Shown one piece after another: positions 8,901-18,192 of a DNA stretch of 64,000 nt (the first letter of the stretch is position 1; the number at the start of each line of letters is the position of its first letter). The stretch is from an uncultured virus (IMG/VR IMGVR_UViG_3300033149_002847) (lineage: Duplodnaviria; Heunggongvirae; Uroviricota; Caudoviricetes), in the IMG/VR virus record IMGVR_UViG_3300033149_002847; one strand, written 5' to 3'. The translations under genes and the position numbers were made by a program. The notes beneath the pieces were generated by a model. The model was not told where the DNA came from. It worked only from the letters and a program-made list of their open reading frames with translations, and made no database searches.

Positions 8901-11849
8901 ATTATTAAAAGAATCTTCTGCTGATTGATTATAGCTTATTGTATTAGCTTCATTTTCTTCTTTTGAACCGCCTCTTTGTTTCTGGAAATTCATAAAATAA
9001 ACTAAAGCTTTATCATAACCTCCGGAACTATCCCATGTTCCATCGTCCCTACGGTATACAGTTTGTCCATATTCCTCTTCAGACCACTGCTGGAGTATAT
9101 GTTGGGGTATCCATGATGATTGAGGCATAACATCGGCATCTTCTATCGATACCCAGCCTATAGCTTTTTCAAGTTCATCGATCCCATATTGTATTTTTTC
9201 TTTATTGTCAGCACTATCAAGACTAGATCTTAGTTTATCAATCTTATCCCAGGCATCCCCAGCTATAAAATCTTCTCTTAATTTAAAATTACCTTCATGA
9301 TCTAAAAATACATCCTGATTTTCAATCATTAGTTTTGTCAAGGAATCTGCATCGGTAGGATACATACTTCTAAGAACTTCAGGAGAAGCAGTGGATAGTT
9401 TTTTTTGTATTTCCTTTAATGCGACTATATCAGGTTGGTGACCATCCACTATACTAATATCTTTTGCATATATATTCTGGTTATTCAAAATTCCAGATTC
9501 TAAAGTTACATTTACAGCTTCATGGATAGATTTAAGAGTAGGGTTCTTTTTAAGTAACTTATTTACTGATAAGTCTTTACTAGGATATGAACCATATTCT
9601 TTTTTATATTCTTCGAGCAATTCCCGGACTTCATTTTGAAGATTTGTAGGATTTATATCCTCCTGCATAGCCTTTCTGATTTCATTTACTTTTAATGAAA
9701 TTTTAGTAAGAACAGGAATTCTCTTTGTTAGTTCTTCCTGGCCTCCCACTCTTTCCCATCTATGGTTAGCATTTAAGAAGTAAGTGATACCATTGACTAC
9801 CTTAACACTACCTATTAATAAGGTTTTAGCCTGAATAGCTGAGGCTTCTTCTTTATTCACCTGAAGATCATCTCTTGGTTTTTCTGTTATTGGATCTGGA
9901 AGATTGGAAACATCAATATTTTGTATTTCAGGCTTAAAATTGGAAACTGCATTATTAAGAAGGTTATCTGTTATTTTTCCAGTTGTTATAATAGCACCAA
10001 AATTACCAGTAGCTTTCTCTCCTAGCCTATTTTCAGGGTGACTATCGTAATATCCACCATTAACCCATTCTTCACTCCAAGCACCTGATTCCTTTAATTG
10101 TTCCTCAGTAGCTGTTTTAAGCTTATCTATGACCTCTTGTGAATGTTTCTTGAAATAGTAAATATCAGGAGATACCCCTGTCTGTGTATGTTTAAAGGAC
10201 TCATTAGGTAATTGCATAGCACCTACGAACTGGCCTTTTCTCAACATTTCCTTTCGCCATTCAAGGTTTGTCTTATTATTCATAATCCCTGAATAAGCTA
10301 TCATTCCCATTGTTCCACCAGGTTTCAAGTTATCTAAGGATTTACTTATAAAATATCTATCAAGAGTATCTTCCCCTGGTAACTTTTTACCGTTTGCATC
10401 TGTATCTGAGTCTATAAAGGAGGTTTCGACAGATCTCTTCCCAAAAGGGCAATTACCTGTAACAATGTCAAAATCCCTACTACTATGTAAATTGAACTGT
10501 TCAAAACTACCAGTGTCTATTTCAGAGTCCGGTTGTAAGATATCTGCTGCTTTAGCTGTTCTAGGATCATATTCAACTCCTATTGTTTTTACTCCATCTG
10601 GAGCAACTTCCATAAATACACCAGTTCCACAAGAAGGTTCTAATATTTTATCACTAGATTTAATAGGATTTATCTTGTTTATTGCTTGAAATATCATCTT
10701 TGCTACTGGAGGGGAAGTATAATAATCATACAATAAACCTCTCTCATCAGCTACTTTAGTACCCCCGAACCCTGAGTAAAGTCTTATTTTATCTTTTTCT
10801 TCCTTTGTAAGAAAATCCTTATTAATAAGTTCTGCTATTTCCTGATTAAGTTTTTCTCTCTGTGCTGGTTTAAGATGTTTTCCTTCAGGATTCCATGACC
10901 CGTAAGATCTAAAATCTTTAGATACAATCTTTTTATTCAAGCTTTTTTGAATATCAATAACTTTCTCCTTTGATTTCTCTAATATGTCATAAGGGTTTAT
11001 TACTACATTATCTATATAATTATCCATCTTAACTTCAGCATAAAAAGTAATATCACCTTCATCTTTCTGGTAATAATAACCCATGATTTCATTTTCTGGA
11101 ACCAATTTATTTATTATATCATCGGCTTCAGATTCTTCCATCTCAAATGTACCATTCGCAAATTGTTTCTTCCTTTCTAATTTAACAATTTCTTTAATCC
11201 CAATTTCAACTCCCTTGGCAGCCTGAATAAATTCTTTAACTATTGGTAACATTTTACCCTTAGAGTCTTGGAACCTGGAAGCGTTTTCTTTAACTATCTG
11301 GAGAAGTTCTTCCATTGAATTTGCATTAGCTATCTTTCTACGTACATTACGGATTGCCTGTTTAGCACCTCTTGTTTCTGCTTCTTTATAAGTTCGTACC
11401 CACTTACCAGAAGCCATTTTTTTAAACTCTTTTCCCTTCCATGTTCTGATAGTACCTACAGCAAAGCCTCTGGCCTTCAATAATAGTTCTTCAGCAGCTA
11501 TAGGAACACTACCTGGGTAAAGGATATCATCTAAAGACTTCTCTAATCTTAGAACGTTTAAAAGTTTTGCTTTCCAATATTCTAAGTCTTTTTCTGTTTT
11601 AGCTTTTTTTAGCTTAAGAGGACCGGTTAAAAATACATGATTATTAAGGGATTTTTTCATCAATACAGGATACTGTTTTTCTTGAAATTCAATAAAAACC
11701 CATTTTATAGGGTCCTGGATACTTTTTTTAAGTTGTTTAGTTGATTTTTTAATTGATCGGCTTTCTTTTAAAGATATTTTCTTTGTTCCAATCTGGTTAA
11801 TATAATATGATTCTAAAAGTGGTATAATTTCAAATAAAGGAATTTTCAT
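5973..11849 (-). CDS. DarB-like polyvalent protein: N6-adenine methyltransferase plus SF2 (SNF2-like) helicase
   Basis: YYTSP, LEPSCGTG, GNCPF (motif IV variant); GTGFGKT, DEAHNYKN, TATP, QRNGRIDRQGN; 1958 aa. Confidence 0.85.
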   Translation of the reverse strand: MKIPLFEIIPLLESYYINQIGTKKISLKESRSIKKSTKQLKKSIQDPIKWVFIEFQEKQYPVLMKKSLNNHVFLTGPLKLKKAKTEKDLEYWKAKLLNVLRLEKSLDDILYPGSVPIAAEELLLKARGFAVGTIRTWKGKEFKKMASGKWVRTYKEAETRGAKQAIRNVRRKIANANSMEELLQIVKENASRFQDSKGKMLPIVKEFIQAAKGVEIGIKEIVKLERKKQFANGTFEMEESEADDIINKLVPENEIMGYYYQKDEGDITFYAEVKMDNYIDNVVINPYDILEKSKEKVIDIQKSLNKKIVSKDFRSYGSWNPEGKHLKPAQREKLNQEIAELINKDFLTKEEKDKIRLYSGFGGTKVADERGLLYDYYTSPPVAKMIFQAINKINPIKSSDKILEPSCGTGVFMEVAPDGVKTIGVEYDPRTAKAADILQPDSEIDTGSFEQFNLHSSRDFDIVTGNCPFGKRSVETSFIDSDTDANGKKLPGEDTLDRYFISKSLDNLKPGGTMGMIAYSGIMNNKTNLEWRKEMLRKGQFVGAMQLPNESFKHTQTGVSPDIYYFKKHSQEVIDKLKTATEEQLKESGAWSEEWVNGGYYDSHPENRLGEKATGNFGAIITTGKITDNLLNNAVSNFKPEIQNIDVSNLPDPITEKPRDDLQVNKEEASAIQAKTLLIGSVKVVNGITYFLNANHRWERVGGQEELTKRIPVLTKISLKVNEIRKAMQEDINPTNLQNEVRELLEEYKKEYGSYPSKDLSVNKLLKKNPTLKSIHEAVNVTLESGILNNQNIYAKDISIVDGHQPDIVALKEIQKKLSTASPEVLRSMYPTDADSLTKLMIENQDVFLDHEGNFKLREDFIAGDAWDKIDKLRSSLDSADNKEKIQYGIDELEKAIGWVSIEDADVMPQSSWIPQHILQQWSEEEYGQTVYRRDDGTWDSSGGYDKALVYFMNFQKQRGGSKEENEANTISYNQSAEDSFNNFISTHEEFRAEMEELYNRKFNTELGVPNKTYPVNIDGWDKYTLDPWQWQTIHHLYEKGKGMSALGTGFGKTLAGVGLMALLRQEGKIKRPLFQVPNNKVKDWLRIMKAAMPDLKIGSVDPEEKGYSNRDARYQMYQELANNEYDVLILPESSASEIQLSEEEDAVITADVVFSQMPDLKTEKQKEKAKESLRGRMISGKKNQTITFEDLGVDAIFTDEAHNYKNLFSSSLSRETGLNDGRRSERALSFYKKCEYIRKKNDGKNVFLLTATPLTNSPLEYYNMLQHIAPEEFVRLGISNINDFIKNFADIKQSDEYDWSSDKMVNKKVLKGFKNLRSLQDMFFKYTDLQNDPTKIGLEKPESTKRANILSQNDDQVSELKSLSEQLARYKKLPKADRDSNENTLTFFSKMRTASLDLELYDPALYKGWKNPKLEKMAQNSIDNWKATDGGQVIFCDRVLSSDKTFNMHDKIKQELIDKGFKPDEIVIVNGITKSGAAQSEKALQTKVSDVIDGFNSGKYKVVIGTTGTIGEGVNLQKNSAALHHIDIPYRPSDFIQRNGRIDRQGNKQKSVELHTYASAGTTDNYSIAKVSGKENWINTLLKTKSSVFTNPDGEGFDMDEMQISLQGEWGEDTTNLKIKIKERKEAKVKQRNIIAMNDTMKKLSTVRGALESYTGEKGTRQYQNMMNKESVYVEALKGNPEFHNHELTNGERTPFMYDSKNKKVMKIGDYYSKGKNLYRVRSIDFKKGEVKFYMPKSPDYEGYELPSWNIKKGFGGYGYQDPVIPMPGIKTKDDEILYNRSVSGEFFTLSDQHKKEYYPGYVAIGDHTRSYGGSKAAFYLSDNKVTIYSNNNGVLLNPYIKADLDKIKDHIIEFEKDYDRTDESTENINSRYYIKEALKDPSIPQGLRDTFYKPEIDQFRKDFPNIKLKDSAEWTPIPPELSEKHSPVKAMGYEVEYMRSKDTREYEYHYRRVSNV

Positions 11850-11900
11850 AATCTTACCTCTTAAGATAAGATTACATTATTTTGATGGATTAATCTATAC

Positions 11901-12662
11901 TTATATTAAAGGCTCAATTGATTGTTCTATAGCTTCTATCTTTCCCATCGTTTCCTGTGCCATGTTGCGTATTCTATAAAAGAATTCTGAAGTTTTTACA
12001 GATATATCACCAAGTAACTGTATTTGTGATTCATATAAATCTTCTCTTGAGATCTTAAAATCATCTGTATCATAATGTTCATTATAAAATTCAGTCATAA
12101 ACCGTTTGTATTTTTTTATTTTCTTTGTGATATACTCTCTGTACTCTTCCTCATTCTGTTCTGCAAGATGATTTCTATCAATAGCCTCTCTTAGAAGTCT
12201 ATTTAATTCTTTGCTTAATTTTTCAGTCATACAATAGTAATCTTTCACATTTTCTAATTTCAATAAGCCTGAAATTTTATTATCATTAAACGGCCTGTAA
12301 AGTGTTAAATAATTGCCTTTAAATTTATCTATTACCTCATCAACAAACTCTTCTGCTATTCTGGTTTGTGCTTCTTTAGTATCATATCTTAATTCTACTG
12401 ACTTAGTGTTATTTTGTAACATTTCACGATTTAGTTTTTTAAAATACTCGAATTTTGGACAGGATTCATGATCTGACATCTTGGAACCATCACCCTTTTT
12501 TATCTCTTCCTTGTTTTTAGGTTCTTCTCTATCCTTTCCAACAGTAAACCATTTAGTTTTGATTTTTATAAAACCCATCTTGAAACCAACAATTACTGCT
12601 AATATTGCAAGAAGTTGTGCTAAAGCTCCAGAGCTTTTCCAAAATTCTAGTATATAATCCAT
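11901..12662 (-). CDS. Hypothetical membrane-anchored protein
   Basis: N-terminal TM (ALAQLLAILAVIVGF), helical body. Confidence 0.65.
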   Translation of the reverse strand: MDYILEFWKSSGALAQLLAILAVIVGFKMGFIKIKTKWFTVGKDREEPKNKEEIKKGDGSKMSDHESCPKFEYFKKLNREMLQNNTKSVELRYDTKEAQTRIAEEFVDEVIDKFKGNYLTLYRPFNDNKISGLLKLENVKDYYCMTEKLSKELNRLLREAIDRNHLAEQNEEEYREYITKKIKKYKRFMTEFYNEHYDTDDFKISREDLYESQIQLLGDISVKTSEFFYRIRNMAQETMGKIEAIEQSIEPLI

Positions 12663-12680
12663 TCTATTCCCTTCATGCCT

Positions 12681-13226
12681 TTATACTTCATACCAATTGA
12701 AAGCTATTGTGCTGTTTGCTACTGCATTTTCTGTATTAGTAAATCTAAACATATATTTACCATCTTTACGAGCATTAAAGACTAATCCCTCTTTAGATTC
12801 TCCACCAGCTAGAGAAACAGCAGCTATACCGTCTGAAAATATTGAAAACTCAACAGGCAGTTTAATACCTACATCTGTGACTGTGGGATCAAGTTTTACA
12901 ACTACATCAGCCGTATTTGAGCTTGTATTATCTCTGTTAATAGATCCCCATTCAGTACCATCAGAATCAGTAGTAACTCCAAAATACATATCAATTTCTA
13001 TTGGACCTGCTCCAAATGCCTTGAATACCGCAGGAAGAAAAACAAGATTATCACAAGTACAGGCCAAAGGATCTATTACAATATCATGGATTGCTAACCC
13101 TGCGAAAGTTAATCTTTTAGAAACTGAAAAAAGTATTTCATGGAAAACTTTTTCATTCTCAATAGAGATATTAACCAAAGCCCCAAATTTTGATAATGCA
13201 GCACCTAAAACATCTTCACTTATCAT
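12681..13226 (-). CDS. Hypothetical, possibly a virion protein
   Basis: 181 aa beta-rich acidic ORF ending WYEV. Confidence 0.55.
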   Translation of the reverse strand: MISEDVLGAALSKFGALVNISIENEKVFHEILFSVSKRLTFAGLAIHDIVIDPLACTCDNLVFLPAVFKAFGAGPIEIDMYFGVTTDSDGTEWGSINRDNTSSNTADVVVKLDPTVTDVGIKLPVEFSIFSDGIAAVSLAGGESKEGLVFNARKDGKYMFRFTNTENAVANSTIAFNWYEV

Positions 13227-13231
13227 GTTAC

Positions 13232-13756
13232 CTACCTATCATATTCATGAATACCAATATAAAAATCAATCAAAAATCCACTACCACCTACATTAGCACA
13301 TCTCATCCATACTTTTTCCCCAGAATCACACCGTTTATCCAATATTTCAGAAATACCAGAATCACCATTATTAGTTGCAGAAACATAAGGGAATTCATCA
13401 TAATCTTCTGCTGCAATTTTTGCTGCAAAATCTGCTGATTCACCTGTTATTAATTGAATTATGTAAGGATTAGTACTGTTTGTTGTTACTACAAGCATCC
13501 TATGTAGATCATATTTTGTTTTACCTGGTTGAACAGGAGTATCGTCACTCCCCAAGATCTGAACCCATGATCCAAAATCACTAACCCCAGCTACTAATTG
13601 GAAAGTTGGAATAACTCCGTTCATTCTGTCAGCTACATGAGTTTCCCCTACTGGTACAGCAGCAACACCAAACCATTTTTCAAAATTATGTATATGATTT
13701 TCTAATTCAGTAACTTCCTTTAATATTTGTAAGTCAAATTCTTCATTTATACCCAT
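13232..13756 (-). CDS. Hypothetical, possibly a virion protein
   Basis: 174 aa, SD AGGAG. Confidence 0.55.
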   Translation of the reverse strand: MGINEEFDLQILKEVTELENHIHNFEKWFGVAAVPVGETHVADRMNGVIPTFQLVAGVSDFGSWVQILGSDDTPVQPGKTKYDLHRMLVVTTNSTNPYIIQLITGESADFAAKIAAEDYDEFPYVSATNNGDSGISEILDKRCDSGEKVWMRCANVGGSGFLIDFYIGIHEYDR

Positions 13757-13764
13757 AATATCTC

Positions 13765-14010
13765 CTAAGCTACTGGATCTATTGCAATATTAGCTGGAAA
13801 ACCAACACTATATCCATACAGATCGCCATCTAATTTAGCAAAACCATAACCTCTTCTTGGAGCTATTATTTTTCCAGTAGGTTTACCAGTAGGAGGTGCA
13901 ACCGATTCTACTACATATATTTCTTTTTTATCTGTATTCTGGAAAGATACAGAAACTGTACTTATTAAAGTCCATTCATCTTTTGGAATCTTAACTGTAG
14001 ACGTAGCCAT
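13765..14010 (-). CDS. Hypothetical protein
   Basis: 81 aa, SD GGAGG. Confidence 0.55.
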   Translation of the reverse strand: MATSTVKIPKDEWTLISTVSVSFQNTDKKEIYVVESVAPPTGKPTGKIIAPRRGYGFAKLDGDLYGYSVGFPANIAIDPVA

Positions 14011-14013
14011 AAC

Positions 14014-14283
14014 TTAACCCTCCAAATCTTTTATCAATTGTAACTCATCAGGCAATGGAATTTCAAGTACTTCATAAACAGAAATTCCCCAAGACTCCCA
14101 TGCTGATAAAAGCTCTTCATAATAAACTATTATTTCTGCTAAATTCTGAACTGTTTCAGGCTCTTCCATCTCTAACCTGATAGGAGGATTAGCGTAATCA
14201 GGCTTAACATCTACATAAATGTATTCGGTTGTTACACAACCTGCCAGAATTAAAACTGTTAAAACTATTATTATTTTCTTCAT
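14014..14283 (-). CDS. o-spanin-like lipoprotein
   Basis: Signal peptide with LAGC lipobox, Pro-rich stretch, adjacent to an i-spanin-like gene. Confidence 0.7.
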   Translation of the reverse strand: MKKIIIVLTVLILAGCVTTEYIYVDVKPDYANPPIRLEMEEPETVQNLAEIIVYYEELLSAWESWGISVYEVLEIPLPDELQLIKDLEG

Positions 14284-14597
14284 CTTCTCTTATTATTCCT
14301 TTTGATAATATTTCCGATTGCAAGAATTGCCTCTTCATCTGTTTTAGCCTTCTTGATCTCTTTTTTAATTGGAGCTAATTCTTTTTCTGAAAGATGGATT
14401 CTTTCTGCATGTTCACGTATCATGTCTAAAGATTTATTTTTGAGATCAAGTTGTTTATTAAGTCCACCAACCTGTTTAGTCAGGCTTTCATTATCTTTTT
14501 CAAGGTTTTTCATTTTTCTTGACTCAGTTTTGATTACTACATAAATAACTCCAGCTTCTAGTAGAATAATACCTATTAAGATTAATATAAGTTCCAT
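14280..14597 (-). CDS. i-spanin-like protein
   Basis: N-terminal TM followed by a long coiled coil. Confidence 0.7.
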   Translation of the reverse strand: MELILILIGIILLEAGVIYVVIKTESRKMKNLEKDNESLTKQVGGLNKQLDLKNKSLDMIREHAERIHLSEKELAPIKKEIKKAKTDEEAILAIGNIIKRNNKRR

Positions 14598-14995
14598 TAT
14601 TTCTCTCCATCAATCTTTTCAGCTGTTTTAATTGCCTGGTTTCCACCCAGTACAGTTGCAGAGCAAATCCCAGCCATTGTAAATAATTCGTCCAATGGAA
14701 GCACTAAAGTAGGCTTCATGTACTGAACTATCAAACTCTCTATAATAATCACGTACAAGGCTATTAAGACCTTTAGAAGCTTATCCTTAGTACCCTGTGA
14801 TACTCCTGTTCCGGTTGGAAGAGTTTTAGCTGTTTGATACACTCCGACTGCTTTTAATCCGGTATAACCCGATATACTAGCACCTAAAAGGAATATCGCA
14901 CCTGAAAAAGGGATAGGAAATTCCACAAAAAAGGGTACTAGTAAAAATAACATAAACAGGATAATTGGTATCCATACGAAAATAATGTGTTTCAT
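14597..14995 (-). CDS. Putative holin (about 4 TM segments)
   Basis: Multiple hydrophobic helices, charged C-terminus, next to the spanins. Confidence 0.55.
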   Translation of the reverse strand: MKHIIFVWIPIILFMLFLLVPFFVEFPIPFSGAIFLLGASISGYTGLKAVGVYQTAKTLPTGTGVSQGTKDKLLKVLIALYVIIIESLIVQYMKPTLVLPLDELFTMAGICSATVLGGNQAIKTAEKIDGEK

Positions 14996-17607
14996 CTTGT
15001 CCTCACTATAATTATTGATTTTCTAAGATCTAACATACGTTTTAGCACATCTTCTTTTGATTCTACTTCTCCAAAGAAAATATCAGTTTGACCACTTGCA
15101 CCTTCACCTAAATTGGAATTCATCTTCTGCATAAAGTCTGCAAAATCCTTCTCTTTAAGTTCTAGTTTTTTTGCAAGTTCAATTGCAACATCGTTCTTTT
15201 CCTCAAACATATTAGACTGTTTTGCAAAATCATCTACTGATTTAAACTTATCTCCTGAAGCTTTGATCTGCATAACAACATCAATTGCCTGGTTCATTTC
15301 ATCACTAATGGAATATCCACCCATAGATTTATTCTGGACCAGTTGAGAAATAGCCCTTACAAGTTTCTTGCGTACCGACTTTGCATTATTTAACGCTCTA
15401 ATATTCTTTTCATCAACTACCGAACCTACCATAACAGTTTCAAGAAACTCTTTTCCAGCTCCAGTTATTCCATCTTCAGTTATATATTGTGGTCTATTGA
15501 ATTCACTTATAACACCACCTGATTCTAAAGTGTTGAATATTTCCATTGTAGCTTTTTTACTTGCATACAATTCCCCTAAAGTATCAAATTCTTGTATCTT
15601 ATCAGCTACACCTTTAATTGTATCAATATTCATAATCTTTGACATTTTAACAGCAAATTCAACAGGATTCATAGCCTTGATTTCTTTTACATTAAATTTA
15701 GCAAATTGTTCTGTTGAATAGTCTTCTTCTTTCTTGATTTCAAATATAACCCTGGGATTCTTAAATTTACCTATATCGTCTGAAGTAAAGCCAAATTTCT
15801 TAGCTCTCTTCTCTAATGCTACGATGTATTTCTTATCTGTTCCCTTTCTTGCAGCTATCTTACTACTCATAGTACGATTATTCCCAGATACAACAACTCC
15901 ATCCTCTGTAACTACTATTGGAGAATCAAAACTCAATGCTCTACCATCGAAATTTGAAGCTACTGAATTAACAATTTCTTGTGCTGCTTTATCCTTACCA
16001 TAATCTCTATCATTGATAGTTGAACCATCTGGATTAGTAGGAAAACCTTTCGTTTTACTGAAAGTAGTCTCATCATGACTAGCAGTAGGAGAATCAGCCT
16101 CTACCATTTTCCATTGACCGTCTATCTCTTCACTTCCTACATAAATAGTATCTGTATCACCTGAAATTTTATTACTTTTATTATAAATTTCTTTAATTTC
16201 TCCAGTTTCTTTGGATTTTTCAGTGCCTATATCACCTGGATATCCTCCTAGTGCAGAAACAGGAATATCTCTTCTTTGAGCAGAAGGACCTAGCCCTATA
16301 TACAATTGAACCATCATATCCGATCTATCCTGTCCCTTCCTGAGAGGATACACTTTGCTTATTATTGCTCTCATTCCAGCAAAAAGATCATCATGAGGTA
16401 CTGCTAATTCAACTTCCTGACCTACTTCTATACCAAAGTAAAATTCTTCTACAGGATCATCTTTAATTTTTTCTTTTTTCGGTTTTTTACCCTTCTCAGT
16501 CCCTCTAGCAGCAGTCATAAATTCTTTAACTATCGGCAAAGTCTTTCCAGATTCATCCTTAAACCGTTGCATATTTTTATTAACGATCTCTGCAAGCTCT
16601 TCTATTGTTGAAGCTCCTTGAATAGCTCTCATAACGTTTCGTATTGCCTGACGCTCTCCACGTTCTCCTGTGCCAGTATATGTACGCATCCACTTACCAT
16701 CTGATAACTTCTTATACTCTTTTCCAGACCAAGTACGGATTGTTCCTACTGCAAATCCACGAGCTTTTATAAGCAGATCCTTTTCGAGTGATTTAAGCAT
16801 TATTCCAGGATACAAAATATCTTTTAAAGACTTTTCTAGTACATCACCCTTTAAGACTGCAAGTAGTTTCTTTTTCCAATAGTCTAAGTTTTTTGATTTT
16901 ATCAATATATGTTTATATCCTATAGATTTCTTTAACCCTTGTTTTAACGCTGAATTTAAATCAGCTTCAAATGTCTCAGGGGTAAATGAAACATCACCGA
17001 CACCATCAATATAAGCATTATAAGTAGGTGTTCCACTTTTAATCTTACCCATAGTAATAACTACACGTTTACCTTTTGGATTCTTATAAAATGCCCTTAC
17101 ATATCCATCCCGTTCACCTGTATCACTAGGTGTACCGCCTGTTAATTTGAAAGTCTTTTTCAGCATAGAGCCGATACTCTCATTAAGAGTTTTAAACGCT
17201 TTTACATTGGTCTGCACATTAGCCTTTTTCGCATCTACAACTGTTTTAACCAAACCTCCAATACCGTACTCAGACCATTGCTCCTTAGAGATCAATTTAT
17301 TCTTATTTTTCCCAGTAGATAAATACGCTTTATATGTTGTTATATCTTCCCAGTTATTCCCTTTGCCTTGTTTTATTAATGTTATTATTACACCATCCAT
17401 ATGTTCTTTGCGTTCTATCGACATAGTGTATCCAGATTCACCGTTTTTTTTATCTAAAGACATGAGTTCTTTTTTTACTTCTGCATCAGTGATGGTAGTC
17501 TTACTGGAACTCTCTGATTTAACTGGAACCCACTTCCCTTCAGCGACCTTTTTACGACCCCTAGAGACAGTTCCTATCGCCATTTTACGTGACTTTATTA
17601 ATATCAT
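14992..17607 (-). CDS. Polyvalent protein with DdrB-like ParB domain
   Basis: VEADSPTASHD, NDRDY, PIVVTEDGVVVSGNNRTM; start re-assigned to MILIKS (SD GGAGG, ATGA overlap). Confidence 0.75.
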   Translation of the reverse strand: MILIKSRKMAIGTVSRGRKKVAEGKWVPVKSESSSKTTITDAEVKKELMSLDKKNGESGYTMSIERKEHMDGVIITLIKQGKGNNWEDITTYKAYLSTGKNKNKLISKEQWSEYGIGGLVKTVVDAKKANVQTNVKAFKTLNESIGSMLKKTFKLTGGTPSDTGERDGYVRAFYKNPKGKRVVITMGKIKSGTPTYNAYIDGVGDVSFTPETFEADLNSALKQGLKKSIGYKHILIKSKNLDYWKKKLLAVLKGDVLEKSLKDILYPGIMLKSLEKDLLIKARGFAVGTIRTWSGKEYKKLSDGKWMRTYTGTGERGERQAIRNVMRAIQGASTIEELAEIVNKNMQRFKDESGKTLPIVKEFMTAARGTEKGKKPKKEKIKDDPVEEFYFGIEVGQEVELAVPHDDLFAGMRAIISKVYPLRKGQDRSDMMVQLYIGLGPSAQRRDIPVSALGGYPGDIGTEKSKETGEIKEIYNKSNKISGDTDTIYVGSEEIDGQWKMVEADSPTASHDETTFSKTKGFPTNPDGSTINDRDYGKDKAAQEIVNSVASNFDGRALSFDSPIVVTEDGVVVSGNNRTMSSKIAARKGTDKKYIVALEKRAKKFGFTSDDIGKFKNPRVIFEIKKEEDYSTEQFAKFNVKEIKAMNPVEFAVKMSKIMNIDTIKGVADKIQEFDTLGELYASKKATMEIFNTLESGGVISEFNRPQYITEDGITGAGKEFLETVMVGSVVDEKNIRALNNAKSVRKKLVRAISQLVQNKSMGGYSISDEMNQAIDVVMQIKASGDKFKSVDDFAKQSNMFEEKNDVAIELAKKLELKEKDFADFMQKMNSNLGEGASGQTDIFFGEVESKEDVLKRMLDLRKSIIIVRTR

Positions 17608-18179
17608 ATATCCTCCATTATTAAATGACCCCATTTATTAGCCCCTGGCTTCACGTGTTCATTAAAATATTCTCTATTATACCTAATTCCATATCCATGT
17701 ACACTCTTATAGCCAGTATGAGGATCACCCCATGGATCAGCAGCTATCAATTCATCTGTTTTATCATCATATCCAATAAATACAAAGGCATGACCTAGTA
17801 ATCCGGGGAATTTCCCCGAAGTCATTACAGGTTTACATAATGCTATTTGATTAATAAAATCATCCCATGTTAAGTCTGTATGGAAATCTGAAATTCTTTT
17901 CCCTGTAACTAATGGGTCTAAAAATGAACCATACATACCATGAATTTCCGTTGGATGGTAGTCTGATAAATTAGGATATTTAGAGTCTCTAAACGCTTTA
18001 GCTCTATCAGAATCTAACAAACTATAGAAATAATCATCATCAGGTGTACCTGATTCATGCACATAAGCGATATTAGCAGCTTTATAGAACATTACCCTTG
18101 AAGTATTCATACATGCAGCAGTTGGATGTAATCTATTATTCCTTTGAGTATAATAATCTTCTGGTTCTAAAAGTATCAT
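17604..18179 (-). CDS. Papain-like (C39-like) cysteine peptidase, candidate endolysin
   Basis: QRNN...ACMNTS (Cys), GHAFVFIGYD (His), ADPWG (Asp); start re-assigned to MILLEP after GAGG. Confidence 0.7.
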   Translation of the reverse strand: MILLEPEDYYTQRNNRLHPTAACMNTSRVMFYKAANIAYVHESGTPDDDYFYSLLDSDRAKAFRDSKYPNLSDYHPTEIHGMYGSFLDPLVTGKRISDFHTDLTWDDFINQIALCKPVMTSGKFPGLLGHAFVFIGYDDKTDELIAADPWGDPHTGYKSVHGYGIRYNREYFNEHVKPGANKWGHLIMEDI

Positions 18180-18192
18180 AATTACCTCACAA

